A stretch of DNA of 32,000 nt, taken from positions 90,001 through 122,000 of the forward strand of contig NC_003902.1 in the NCBI RefSeq assembly GCF_000007145.1, in the 5' to 3' direction. The translations under genes were made by a program, and so were the position numbers. The notes below the pieces were generated by a model, which was given only the letters and a program-made list of their open reading frames with translations, was not told the origin of the DNA and ran no database searches. Positions 7,851-17,187 of the stretch are shown one piece after another (position 1 is the stretch's first letter; each line of letters opens with the position of its first letter). This stretch comes from Xanthomonas campestris pv. campestris str. ATCC 33913 (GTDB lineage: Bacteria; Pseudomonadota; Gammaproteobacteria; Xanthomonadales; Xanthomonadaceae).

Positions 7851-9341
7851 ATGCACGACACGCGCGCGATCCGCTCGCATTTCGGTTGGTTCAAACGCCG
7901 CCGCCAATTGCAACTCGACGAGGTCACCGTGGTGGACCGCGGCATGCTGCGCAAGGCCGTGGGCGCGGCCGCGCTGGGCAATGCAATGGAATGGTTCGAC
8001 TTCGGCGTCTATGGCTATCTGGCAGTGACGCTGGGCCAGGTGTTCTTTCCGTCCAGCAGTCCCACCGCGCAGTTGATCGCCACCTTTGCGACCTTCACCG
8101 TGGCGTTTTTGGTGCGGCCGATCGGCGGCATGGTATTCGGCCCGCTTGGTGATCGCTATGGCCGGCAAAAGGTGCTGGCGGCCACCATGATCCTGATGGC
8201 GCTGGGCACCTTCAGCATCGGCCTGATTCCCTCCTACGCGCAGATCGGCCTGTGGGCGCCGGCGCTGTTGTTGCTGGCGCGGTTGCTGCAAGGGTTTTCC
8301 ACCGGCGGCGAATACGGCGGCGCGGCGACCTTCATTGCCGAATACGCCACCGACCGCAATCGCGGCTTGATGGGCAGTTGGCTGGAATTTGGCACGTTGG
8401 GCGGCTATATCGCCGGTGCGGCCACCGTTACCGCGCTGCACATGGCGCTGAGCCAGGCGCAGATGCTGGACTGGGGCTGGCGGGTGCCATTCCTGGTGGC
8501 CGGGCCGCTGGGGTTGCTCGGCCTGTACATGCGCATGAAGCTGGAAGAAACCCCGGCGTTTCGCGCCTATACCGAACAATCCGAACAGCGCGAACGCGAA
8601 ACCGCAGGCCAGGGCCTGATGACCCTGCTGCGCCTGCACTGGCCGCAGCTGCTCAAATGCGTGGGCCTGGTGCTGGTGTTCAACGTCACCGACTACATGC
8701 TGCTGACCTACATGCCCAGCTATCTCAGCGTCACCATGGGCTACGCCGAGAGCAAGGGCTTGCTGCTGATCATCCTGGTGATGCTGGTGATGATGCCGCT
8801 CAACGTGGTCGGTGGCATGTTCAGCGACAAGCTGGGCCGGCGCCCGATGATCATCGGCGCGTGCGCGGCGTTATTCGCACTGGCCATCCCGTGCCTGTTG
8901 CTGATCGGCAGCGGCTCGGACGTGCTGATCTTCACCGGGTTGATGCTGCTTGGCCTGGCGCTGGTGTGTTTCACCAGCTCGATGCCTTCGACACTGCCGG
9001 CGCTGTTCTACACCCCGGTGCGCTACAGCGCGCTGTCGATCGCCTTCAACGTCTCAGTGTCGTTGTTTGGTGGCACCACGCCGTTGGTCACCGCGTGGCT
9101 GGTGGAGCGCACCGGCGACCCATTGGTGCCGGCGTATTACCTGATGGGCGCGGCGGCGATCGGCCTGGTGACGATGCTGTTCGTGCGCGAAACCGCCGGG
9201 CTGCCGCTGCGTGGCTCGCCGCCGGCAGTGGCCAGCGACGCCGAAGCGCGCGCGCTGCTGCAGGGCGACAGCCCGGTCACAGTGGATGCGCAGTTGCCGT
9301 TGAGCGGCACGCCGTCGATCGGTCAGCCGCGCCCGGCGTAA
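7851..9341 (+). CDS. proP: MHS-family MFS osmoprotectant (proline/glycine betaine) transporter ProP
   Basis: Collinear similarity to E. coli ProP along the whole length (LGNAMEWFDFGVYG, GDRYGRQK, LEETPAF, LTYMPSYL). AGGAGA lies upstream of ATG 7851. Confidence 0.9.
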   Translation: MHDTRAIRSHFGWFKRRRQLQLDEVTVVDRGMLRKAVGAAALGNAMEWFDFGVYGYLAVTLGQVFFPSSSPTAQLIATFATFTVAFLVRPIGGMVFGPLGDRYGRQKVLAATMILMALGTFSIGLIPSYAQIGLWAPALLLLARLLQGFSTGGEYGGAATFIAEYATDRNRGLMGSWLEFGTLGGYIAGAATVTALHMALSQAQMLDWGWRVPFLVAGPLGLLGLYMRMKLEETPAFRAYTEQSEQRERETAGQGLMTLLRLHWPQLLKCVGLVLVFNVTDYMLLTYMPSYLSVTMGYAESKGLLLIILVMLVMMPLNVVGGMFSDKLGRRPMIIGACAALFALAIPCLLLIGSGSDVLIFTGLMLLGLALVCFTSSMPSTLPALFYTPVRYSALSIAFNVSVSLFGGTTPLVTAWLVERTGDPLVPAYYLMGAAAIGLVTMLFVRETAGLPLRGSPPAVASDAEARALLQGDSPVTVDAQLPLSGTPSIGQPRPA

Positions 9342-9356
9342 GGCCGGGCGGTGCGC

Positions 9357-9815
9357 TCAGCGCAAGGCCGGGTCGCGGGTGTCGGGCATGTCCGGGTAGG
9401 GCATGCCCTGCCCGGTTTCCACGTAGCGTTTGAGGCTGCTGCCCAGGAAGAACTGCCAGCCCTGCGCACAGACCTCGAAGCACGGCGAGTCGCGGTAACC
9501 GGACTGCACGAAGTCCAGCCGCGTGCCATCGCTGGTGGACAGCAGATCGAAGCGCATCACCGTGCCCTCCCACGCGGTGGTGTCGAGCATGTTGGAGCGC
9601 TCGCAGCGCCAGCACACCTGCCGGTGGTCGGCACCGCCATCAATGCGCAGCTCCACCTGCCAGCCGTGGCCGCTCCAGTCCAGGCACACGCGCTCGCCCA
9701 CTTGCCGCACCTCGCGCGTCCACCAGCGCGCCAGCTGGGCGGGCTCGGACAACGCGGCGGAGACCACCTCCGGGGCGGCGGCAATGACGAAGCGATGGCG
9801 GATCTCGCGGTTCAT
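9357..9815 (-). CDS. SRPBCC (Aha1/START-like) domain protein
   Basis: 152 aa. The N-terminal pattern I.H.F.I.A.PE.V..AL..P..L..WW is typical of SRPBCC/activator-of-Hsp90-ATPase-homolog family proteins. Confidence 0.75.
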   Translation of the reverse strand: MNREIRHRFVIAAAPEVVSAALSEPAQLARWWTREVRQVGERVCLDWSGHGWQVELRIDGGADHRQVCWRCERSNMLDTTAWEGTVMRFDLLSTSDGTRLDFVQSGYRDSPCFEVCAQGWQFFLGSSLKRYVETGQGMPYPDMPDTRDPALR

Positions 9816-9950
9816 CGGTCACGGTGTTGCCTGCGCGGAGGCCGATGATCGCGCATCTTGCGCGCAACATGCAGTTTTCGCCGCGAAGGTTGCGCCCGCT
9901 TGTGCGCCGCTCACATGCGGCTGAGTACCATCGCCACAGGCCCCAAGACG

Positions 9951-10781
9951 ATGACGACCGCCATGACGACGCTCCCGATCCCGGTAATGGATGCCGCAGC
10001 GCAGCACGATCTGGCCACAGCGCATGCGCTGCTGGAAAACCCCGGTGTGGCCGCACAGATCGCCAATACACTCGGCGCGCCCATCGAAAGCCTGGTGGCC
10101 AAGCGGCTGCCCAAGGTGGTGACGCGCAGCATCGATGGCGTCACCCGCCGCGCGCTGCAGGTGGCGATGAAATCCGCGCTGCTGAGCCTACGCGGCAAGA
10201 CCGTGGCGCACGCGCCGGCCGCCACCGCGCGGCACACCCTGGCGGTGGCTGTGGCCGGCGGCGCTGGCGGATTCTTCGGCCTGCCTGGGCTGATGGTGGA
10301 ACTGCCGGTGACCACCACGGTGATGCTGCGCTCCATCGCCGACATTGCGCGCTCGGAAGGCGAGTCCCTGCACGACCCGGAGACCGCGCTGGCCTGTCTG
10401 GAAGTGCTGGCGCACGGCGGCCGCAGCGTCAGCGACGACGGCGCCGAATCGGGCTACTTCGCGGTGCGCACTGCGATGGCGCAGCAGCTCAGCGCCGCCG
10501 CGCACTACGTGGCCGCGCACGGCTTCGCCAGCAAGGGCGCGCCGGCATTGGTGTCGCTGGTCTCGCGCATCGCCGCCAAGTTCTCGGTCAACGTGGGCGA
10601 AAAACTCGCCGTGCAGGCCGTACCGCTGGTGGGCGCGGTGAGCGGCGCCACGCTCAACACCTTGTTCATGCGCCACTTTCAGGCGATGGCACGCGGGCAC
10701 TTCATCGTGCGCCGGCTGGAACGCCGCTTCGGCGCCGAGGCCGTGCGCCGCGCGTATGACGCGTTGCCTGCGCCACGCTGA
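9951..10781 (+). CDS. EcsC family protein
   Basis: Overall pattern matches EcsC family proteins: N-terminal helix, central GG..G..GLPG..VELPVTT, then LRSIA.IAR..GE. ATG 9951 is preferred; the ORF is open from 9858. Confidence 0.75.
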   Translation: MTTAMTTLPIPVMDAAAQHDLATAHALLENPGVAAQIANTLGAPIESLVAKRLPKVVTRSIDGVTRRALQVAMKSALLSLRGKTVAHAPAATARHTLAVAVAGGAGGFFGLPGLMVELPVTTTVMLRSIADIARSEGESLHDPETALACLEVLAHGGRSVSDDGAESGYFAVRTAMAQQLSAAAHYVAAHGFASKGAPALVSLVSRIAAKFSVNVGEKLAVQAVPLVGAVSGATLNTLFMRHFQAMARGHFIVRRLERRFGAEAVRRAYDALPAPR

Positions 10782-10977
10782 TCACACGGTGGCATGTGCA
10801 TACCGCATGCGTAGCAGCAGCCTGCACCACGTTCGTAAGACACATCGGACCGGGCGCCCCGCGCTGACGCATCTGCTCAGGCATAGTGCCCGGCGCCGTG
10901 TAGAGCAATGCCGCTGCTTCGCGCTTGCTCCATCATCACCACGCGCACTCGGCGATTCGCCCTCTTTGGAAGTCTCC

Positions 10978-11616
10978 ATGACCAAACCCTTTGCCCCCGC
11001 CTCCGCACGCAACCGCGATCCGATTCTGAGCGTGCTGCAGCGGTACTTCGCTGACCGGCAGCACGTGCTGGAGATCGGTGCGGGCACCGGGCAGCATGCG
11101 GTGCACTTCGCTGCAGCGATGCCGTGGCTGCGCTGGCAGGCCAGCGACCACCCGGACCATCTGCCGGGGATGCGGCAGTGGCTGGACGAAGCCGCGTTGC
11201 CCAATACGCCGCCGCCGGTTGCACTGCAGGCGGTGTTGACGCCCGCGCCGGGTCTGGCACCGGCGCCACCATTGCCGCCGGTGCAGGCAGGCACGCCGGC
11301 CGGGTATGACGCCATCTACAGCGCCAACACCTTGCACATCATGGGGTGGCCACAGGTGCAGGCGTTGTTTGCCGGCTTGCCTGCGGTGATGGCGCCGCAG
11401 GCGGTACTGGTGATCTATGGGCCGTTCAACCGCGATGGTGAATTCACCAGCGACAGCAATCGCGACTTCGATGCGATGTTGAGAGCGCGCGATGCGGCAT
11501 CGGGTATCCGCGATGCCGCGGAGGTGGATGCACTGGCCGCGCAGGTGGGTTTGCAGCTGGTGGACGATGTGGACATGCCGGCGAACAACCGCTGCCGGGT
11601 GTGGCAGCGCGCTTGA
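10978..11616 (+). CDS. DUF938 family (SAM-dependent methyltransferase-like) protein
   Basis: ARNRDPILSVL ... VLEIGAGTGQHAVHFA ... NTLHIMGW ... YGPFN..G.FTS.SN..FD..LR.RD...GIRD ... MPANN, characteristic of DUF938. Start at ATG 10978. Confidence 0.85.
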   Translation: MTKPFAPASARNRDPILSVLQRYFADRQHVLEIGAGTGQHAVHFAAAMPWLRWQASDHPDHLPGMRQWLDEAALPNTPPPVALQAVLTPAPGLAPAPPLPPVQAGTPAGYDAIYSANTLHIMGWPQVQALFAGLPAVMAPQAVLVIYGPFNRDGEFTSDSNRDFDAMLRARDAASGIRDAAEVDALAAQVGLQLVDDVDMPANNRCRVWQRA

Positions 11617-11693
11617 TCCTTCGGTGACGATGACGCCGCGCTTTTGCGTTGGAAGGAAATCGTTCGCGCCGTTGGCAACGCGGCACTGTCCTG

Positions 11694-13448
11694 TCAGGTG
11701 CGCCGCCGTTCCAACCACCACAACCCCGCAGCCACGGTGAGCCAGGCGAGCAGCCATGGCCAGCGTGCGCCGGGGTGCGCTGTTGGTGTGGCAGCGCTCG
11801 CGCGGCTGGAGCCGCTGGCCGCCAGTGCGGCGGTGGCCTCGCGCAGCTGTTGGCGATACAGCGCGGGCGCGTCGGTGGGCGCGCGCACAAACAGCCAGCG
11901 TTGGGTGGTGCCGGTCTGCAGGCGATGCCAGCCGGTGGCGGCCGGCCAGTAGCCGGCGCAGGGCGGCGCGCTGCCGCTGCGTTCGGGCAGCAGCGGGTGG
12001 CGGCTGCCATCGGGCGCTATCACGTGGGCGTCTGCGCCGACATCGCACAAGGTCATGCGTTGCTGCACCCAGCCGTCCTGCACTGGTGCGGGAAGTGCGG
12101 CGCCTGGGCGTGCCACCGCGCCGAGCAGTTGCGCCCACAGCTGTGCATGCAGGTCGCTGCGGCCCGCCAGTACCAGCGCGTAGCTGTCGTCGACCACGCT
12201 CACGCCGATGCGTCCGCGGCCGGCGCTGCGCCACCAGCCCAGCGCGGTGCCATCGTTGGCGCGTGCGGCGACGATGGCGTCTTGCACCTGTGGCTGCAGC
12301 GTGCGGCGTTGCAGGGGCGGCACGGCGGTGTCGGTGGTTGTGCTGCCGGTGTCGATGCCGGTGTCGGCCGGCGCCGCTGCCACGGCAACCGCGGTGCTGG
12401 TGTCGCCGCCGCTCACCGGCAGGCCGAGCGCGGCGAGCGCGCTGCGGGTGGCCGCATCCACCGGGCCGGTCACCCGCACCAGCACGCCCAGGCCGCGTGC
12501 GATGGCGGCGCCCAGCAGCTGGCGTTGTGCTGCGCTCAAGCCCAGCAGGCGGCGGGTGTCGAGCACCAGCACATCCAGCTGGTCCAGGCTGGCGGCGTCC
12601 AGGCTGGCCGTATCGCCCAGCTGCAGGCCGGCGCTCACGGTCACCTGGCTACGTACGGTCAGGCCGGCATCGCTGGCCCAGCGGCGCAGGTATTTGACCT
12701 CCGGCTGCGGGGCGCCGGCCAGCAACAGCAGCCGGACCGGCGGCACCGGGACCACCTGCACAGGCACCGCCAGATGCCCGCGCTCGGCGCCGGCTGCATC
12801 GCGCAGGCGCAGGCCGAACAGCACCTGCCCGGGCGCGCGCGCCAGGCCGCGCAGGTGCACCTGGCCGCGCGCATCCGGCGGGGCGCGGTCGACGCGTTGA
12901 CCGGCCGGGTCGAGCAGTTCGACTTGCGCACCCGGCAGGCCCTGCACCTGCGCGGCGATGGTCAGCGCTTCACCGGGCGCCACCGACGGCGGTGCCCAGG
13001 CGGCGACCAGGCCGGCCGGTGCCGGGCTCGGCTGCACCCGCACCGGCACACGCAGGGCGTCGCGGTCGCGCGCGGGCAGGCCGTCGCCATGCACGATCAC
13101 GACGGTGGTGCCGAGCGCGCGGCGCAGCGCGGTGGCCAGGTCCGGCATGCGGGCGACACCCGGCAAGCGCGGGGCTTCCGGCAACGCCACCCACTGCGTG
13201 GCCTGGCCCAACTGCGCCGCTTGGGTGCCGGCGGTGGCCACGTGCAGCGGGCCGCCGTCCTGCAGACGCGGCGGCGGCAACAGCACCGGGTAGAGCAGGG
13301 CAGCCAGCACGGGTTGGGCCGCAAGCAACAGCCATAGCCTGCCGCGCGGCAGCGGGTGGCGTGCGTGCGCGCGCAGCAACCGCAGCCAGCCCAGCACCAC
13401 GACCAGCAGCAAGGCCGCGCCGACGATCCAGGGCAGGGCGACGTTCAT
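11694..13448 (-). CDS. Membrane-anchored protein, terminal gene of the MoxR/DUF58 cluster (function unknown)
   Basis: 584-aa ORF with N- and C-terminal TM helices. GAGGGGG SD lies 6 nt upstream of ATG 13448. The central LDVLVLDTRRLLGLSAAQRQLLGAAIARGLGVLV resembles the glutamine-amidotransferase-like membrane proteins that end such clusters (from memory, unverified). Confidence 0.75.
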   Translation of the reverse strand: MNVALPWIVGAALLLVVVLGWLRLLRAHARHPLPRGRLWLLLAAQPVLAALLYPVLLPPPRLQDGGPLHVATAGTQAAQLGQATQWVALPEAPRLPGVARMPDLATALRRALGTTVVIVHGDGLPARDRDALRVPVRVQPSPAPAGLVAAWAPPSVAPGEALTIAAQVQGLPGAQVELLDPAGQRVDRAPPDARGQVHLRGLARAPGQVLFGLRLRDAAGAERGHLAVPVQVVPVPPVRLLLLAGAPQPEVKYLRRWASDAGLTVRSQVTVSAGLQLGDTASLDAASLDQLDVLVLDTRRLLGLSAAQRQLLGAAIARGLGVLVRVTGPVDAATRSALAALGLPVSGGDTSTAVAVAAAPADTGIDTGSTTTDTAVPPLQRRTLQPQVQDAIVAARANDGTALGWWRSAGRGRIGVSVVDDSYALVLAGRSDLHAQLWAQLLGAVARPGAALPAPVQDGWVQQRMTLCDVGADAHVIAPDGSRHPLLPERSGSAPPCAGYWPAATGWHRLQTGTTQRWLFVRAPTDAPALYRQQLREATAALAASGSSRASAATPTAHPGARWPWLLAWLTVAAGLWWLERRRT

Positions 13449-13596
13449 GACTGCCCCCTCTGAGCCGCATCACGAAGCACCGATGCTGGCGGACGCCACG
13501 AGCGGTGCAACCCGCGCGGCGGAATGCTGCCGTGTGCTCGGCAGAACCAGGACCTGCGGGAACGGGATGCGGCAATCATCGGCGGCACGGCAGCGG

Positions 13597-15861
13597 TCAT
13601 GGCTGTGGCGCCTCGCGCAGGGCATCCAGGTACCGCTGGCCGCGCGCGTCCGCGGCCGGGCGGCGGTGCACCTGGGCCGGCGGCGCGGTGACCGTGCGCC
13701 ACACCAGGGCGCGCAGCTGCGCCCGGCACGCGCGGCAGGCCGGTTCGCTGCGCAGGGTCTCCACCGCGGCGGCCAGGCTGAGCGGGTCGGGCAACTGGTC
13801 CTGTGCGGTCTGCAGCCAGCGCGCGTAACGGTCGAGCAGCGCGTCGGGCACCGCGCCGTCTTCGTCCAAGGCGCTCCACAGTGCCAACGCGGTGGGGTCC
13901 GTTGGCGGGCGGGTGTCGAGCGCGGCGGGGCGGTCGCCCAGGCCATCGCGCTTGCCGGTCATGCGCCGGCTCGGGTCGATCGGCGGCAGCTCCGGGCCCA
14001 CCCGCGCCAGGTAGATGCGCTCGGCCTGCTGCACCTGCTTGATGAAACCCAATGCCTTGTTGGCGTACGGCAGCGCGCGCTCGGGGTGGCCCTGGCGCAG
14101 CTCGCCTTCGGATTGCCACATCTGGTCCAGCGCGGCGCGCAGCAGGGCGCGGGTCTGCGGGTCCAGCAGGGTGGCTGCTTCGGCGTGGTCGTGGGTGTGG
14201 CCGAACTCGGTCAGCACGTCCTGTTCCTGACCAAACCCGCCGCGCGCCGGCTGCGCGTCGTCGTGGTCATGATCGTGTGGGTCCAGCGCGGCTGCGCCGG
14301 GTGGATGGTCGTGATCATCGTGAGCCTCAGCGGTGGCCTTGGCTGTGTGCTCGGCATGTGCGTGCTCGACGGGCGGTGCCGGTGCATCGGCGGTGGGCAT
14401 GTCGGCCGTAGGCAGGTCGTCGGCTGGCGCGTCGCTGGTGGGCGGCTCATCGGCAGTGGGTGGCCCCTTGGGCGCGCCTTCGCTCTCTTCGCCCAGGAAC
14501 TGGCCGTAGCGCAGCCGCAGCAGGCGCTGGTCCACGCCGATGGCGTCTGAACGCTTGAGGTAGGTGGCCGCATCCAGGCGGGGTTTGTCTTTCAGCAGCG
14601 CCTCGGCGTCGATGATGATCTGGCGCTGGCTGCGGAAATACGCGGGCAAGGTCTGCTTGACGCTGGCCTCCAGCCCGGCGGCCTGGGTCTGCTGGGGCGG
14701 CGGCCAGCGCAGGATCACGCTGGCGCTGCGGCCTTCCTGCGGGGCGGGTTGGCGGGTGTCGCGCACCACCAACTGGGCGATCAGGTCATCGCCGGCGGCC
14801 ATGCCCAGCGCCTGCGGCTGCAGCGTGGCCACGAAGCTGCGCCGGGTGGCCGGGCCGCTGCCGGTGAGCGGGCGGCGCTCGGTGCGGAAGGTGATGTTCT
14901 CGCCGCTGCCCTGCGCCAGGGTCAGGCGCAACTCGGCGCCGGCAGCCACGGCGTAGTCGTCGCTGGCCTCGAAGCGCAGCGTCCAGGCACCATTGGCCGG
15001 CGTCCACAGCACCAGGCTCTGTTCGGGCGCCAGCACGCGCACCTGCGGTGGGCGGTCGGGTACCACGTCGAGCCGGTGCAGGCGGCGGTCGGCCGGCTGG
15101 CCGTCGATGAGGATGCGGTACAGCGTGGGGCGCTCGGCCAGCAGCTGGCCGTGCCAGTGGTCGCCGTCTGGCTGCCGGGTCAGCGGGAGCACGCGGCCGT
15201 CGTTGAGCCGCAGCGCCACCGTGCGCGGCGCCGGCTGCACCTGCAGCTGCCATTGCAGCCGGGTGCCGGCCGGGACGCGGCCATCCAGCTCCGGCAGCTC
15301 GGCCGGCGGCAACCCGGTGTAGGCCGGCGGCGTGCTGCGCAGCCGGGCCTGGCGCAGGGCGGGTTTGCCGGCTGCGGCGCGCGCGGTGGCGACTGGGTCG
15401 GTGGTGGGCGCGGCGGGCGCGCTGGGCTGTGGCCACACCAGCACCGCGACGCCGGCCAGCACGCCGAGCAGGGCCCACGGCCACCAATGCCAGGGCCAGG
15501 CCGGGCGCAGGTCGCGCGGGCGGGCGTGCAGGCGCTGCTCCAGGCGCTGGCGTTGCAAGGTCTGCAAGGGGCCCAGCGCGGCGGGCGTGGCGAATAGCAG
15601 GTCGCTGCTGTCGTCCAGGTCCGGCGCCTGGTTCAGGCGGCGGATCAGCCAGGCCTGGTCCAGCCGCCGCGCGGCTTGCCAGGCCGCCACGGCCAGCGCG
15701 GCCACGCTCGCCAGCAGCACCAGCCAAGCAGCTGTGCCGGCGCCCAGCCGCCAGCTCAGCAGCGCCGGCAGCAGCGCCAACGGCAACCAGAACAGCAGCA
15801 CCGCTGCCGCGCGCCGCCTCCGTGCCGCCTGCCAAGCGCGTTGCAGTGCGGGCGTGCTCAT
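13597..15861 (-). CDS. DUF4175-like membrane protein with His/Asp-rich low-complexity insert
   Basis: ATG overlaps the stop of the upstream gene (ATGA at 15858-15861). N-terminal TM hairpin plus a third TM helix. Internal PTADEPPTSDAPADDLPTADMPTAD and HAHAEH...HDDHDH...HDHDHDD...HTHDH tracts. The track start at 15939 would overlap the upstream gene by 82 nt. Confidence 0.8.
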   Translation of the reverse strand: MSTPALQRAWQAARRRRAAAVLLFWLPLALLPALLSWRLGAGTAAWLVLLASVAALAVAAWQAARRLDQAWLIRRLNQAPDLDDSSDLLFATPAALGPLQTLQRQRLEQRLHARPRDLRPAWPWHWWPWALLGVLAGVAVLVWPQPSAPAAPTTDPVATARAAAGKPALRQARLRSTPPAYTGLPPAELPELDGRVPAGTRLQWQLQVQPAPRTVALRLNDGRVLPLTRQPDGDHWHGQLLAERPTLYRILIDGQPADRRLHRLDVVPDRPPQVRVLAPEQSLVLWTPANGAWTLRFEASDDYAVAAGAELRLTLAQGSGENITFRTERRPLTGSGPATRRSFVATLQPQALGMAAGDDLIAQLVVRDTRQPAPQEGRSASVILRWPPPQQTQAAGLEASVKQTLPAYFRSQRQIIIDAEALLKDKPRLDAATYLKRSDAIGVDQRLLRLRYGQFLGEESEGAPKGPPTADEPPTSDAPADDLPTADMPTADAPAPPVEHAHAEHTAKATAEAHDDHDHPPGAAALDPHDHDHDDAQPARGGFGQEQDVLTEFGHTHDHAEAATLLDPQTRALLRAALDQMWQSEGELRQGHPERALPYANKALGFIKQVQQAERIYLARVGPELPPIDPSRRMTGKRDGLGDRPAALDTRPPTDPTALALWSALDEDGAVPDALLDRYARWLQTAQDQLPDPLSLAAAVETLRSEPACRACRAQLRALVWRTVTAPPAQVHRRPAADARGQRYLDALREAPQP

Positions 15862-17039
15862 GCCGCCCTCCCCCGGCGCGGGCCGGTGGCCAGCCAGCGT
15901 TCGATACCGAACAGCAGCAGCACCAGGCCGATCAGCCACGGCGCCAGCGGCTGTGGGTCGATGCTCAGGCGGATGGCCGGGCCACGCAGGGGGCGCACGG
16001 CCTGCGCCACCGCGCGCTGCGGGGTGGGACGCGGTTGCAGGGCCTCCTGCAGGCGGGTGGGGAAGTCGGCGTCCAGCAGCACCGGCAGCGGCTGTGGTTG
16101 CAGCGGTGCGGCCCAGCGCAGCACCTGGCCGCGCCCGAGCGCGGCGGCGTCCAGTACGCGGGCGCCCTGGGCATCACGCAACAGCGGCTGCAGCGGCGCG
16201 CTGAGCGAGGACGGCAACGGCGTGCCGGCAGCGAGCAGCAGCTGGCCGCCAGCCGCAGCCCAGGCAATGACCGACGCCGGCGGCGCGCGCTGCGGCAACC
16301 ACACCACCAGCGTGCCCGGTGCCCAGCGGCTGGGCACCGCCGTCTCCGGCGTGCTGACCGGCAACGCCCCGGGGGTGGCCCAGGCGGCATGCACCGCGCG
16401 CAGATAGCGCAGTGCCGGTGCGGCGGCGGCATCGGCAATCACCTGCAGGCGCAGTGGTGCGGGGGGCGTGTCCGCCGGCACGGGCGAGCGCCCGGGCGCC
16501 ACCTGCCACTCCACATGGCGACCCAGCTGCAGGCGCTGCGCATCCAGCCGGCCCCACTGCGCCGGCACGATCACGCCAAGCGTGCTGGCGGCGGGCAGGC
16601 TGGCGTCGAGCTCGCGCAGCAGGCTGGTGGCCGTGGCCGTGCTGCCGGCCCGCACCGCAGGCGCGGGCGTCTGCGCATCGATCGGCGGGAAGCCAGGCGC
16701 CAGCCACACCCACTGCGCATCGGCTGCGCGCGCGCGCAGGCGCACGGTGGCCAGATCCACCCCCGGGCTCACCGCAATGCGCGGGCGTGCATCGTCGTGG
16801 TCACGCAGCGCCGGCTCGGCCAACAGCACGGCCAGCGCCGCCAGCAACACCAGGCGCACCAGCAGCAGCGGCCATTCGTCGAAACGCACGCGGTGACGCG
16901 GGCGCGGCAGGGCACGCAACCAACGCAGCGCAGCGAAGTCGGTGGGGCGGTGCTCGCTGCGCCGCGCCAGATGGATCAGCAACGGCAGCACCAGGGCGGC
17001 GAGGGCGGCCAGGCCGGCGGGAAAGAGCAACAGCATCAT
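15858..17039 (-). CDS. BatA N-terminal (double-transmembrane) domain protein
   Basis: N-terminus MMLLLFPAGLAALAALVLPLLIHLARRSEHRPTDFAALRWL matches the aerotolerance-regulator N-terminal domain. No vWA MIDAS motif is seen downstream. Confidence 0.8.
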   Translation of the reverse strand: MMLLLFPAGLAALAALVLPLLIHLARRSEHRPTDFAALRWLRALPRPRHRVRFDEWPLLLVRLVLLAALAVLLAEPALRDHDDARPRIAVSPGVDLATVRLRARAADAQWVWLAPGFPPIDAQTPAPAVRAGSTATATSLLRELDASLPAASTLGVIVPAQWGRLDAQRLQLGRHVEWQVAPGRSPVPADTPPAPLRLQVIADAAAAPALRYLRAVHAAWATPGALPVSTPETAVPSRWAPGTLVVWLPQRAPPASVIAWAAAGGQLLLAAGTPLPSSLSAPLQPLLRDAQGARVLDAAALGRGQVLRWAAPLQPQPLPVLLDADFPTRLQEALQPRPTPQRAVAQAVRPLRGPAIRLSIDPQPLAPWLIGLVLLLFGIERWLATGPRRGRAA

Positions 17040-17187
17040 CGCGCCGCTGCCGTGCGTGCGGATGGATGCGGCGATGCCTGCATGCGCGCCGATGGCGTGC
17101 GGACGTCATGCATGTCATGCGCACCGGCAGCGTTGACGCATGCCGCACCACGCCGCCGCATTGCACTGGCGAGAACGCAGCCGTGCC

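Noticed and set aside
11649-13337. Long plus-strand ORF (562 aa) antisense to the terminal cluster gene. Similar shadow ORFs occur at 203-1219(-), 1263-2507(+), 7662-8639(-), 9824-10759(+), 10936-12234(-), 13447-14550(+), 14786-15835(-), 15429-17834(+), 17140-18138(+), 17987-19204(+), 19311-20264(+), 21607-23370(+), 24090-25109(+), 26600-27877(+), 27676-29139(+) and 29417-31036(-).
   Set aside because: These are typical high-GC shadow ORFs. They are extremely Arg/Ala/Gly/His-rich, contain no recognisable motifs, and each lies opposite or out of frame to a gene with clear family signatures.
13449-17187. The identical length (148 nt) of the two intra-cluster gaps as evidence of a repeated element.
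   Set aside because: The two gap sequences do not align, so the equal length is most likely coincidence.
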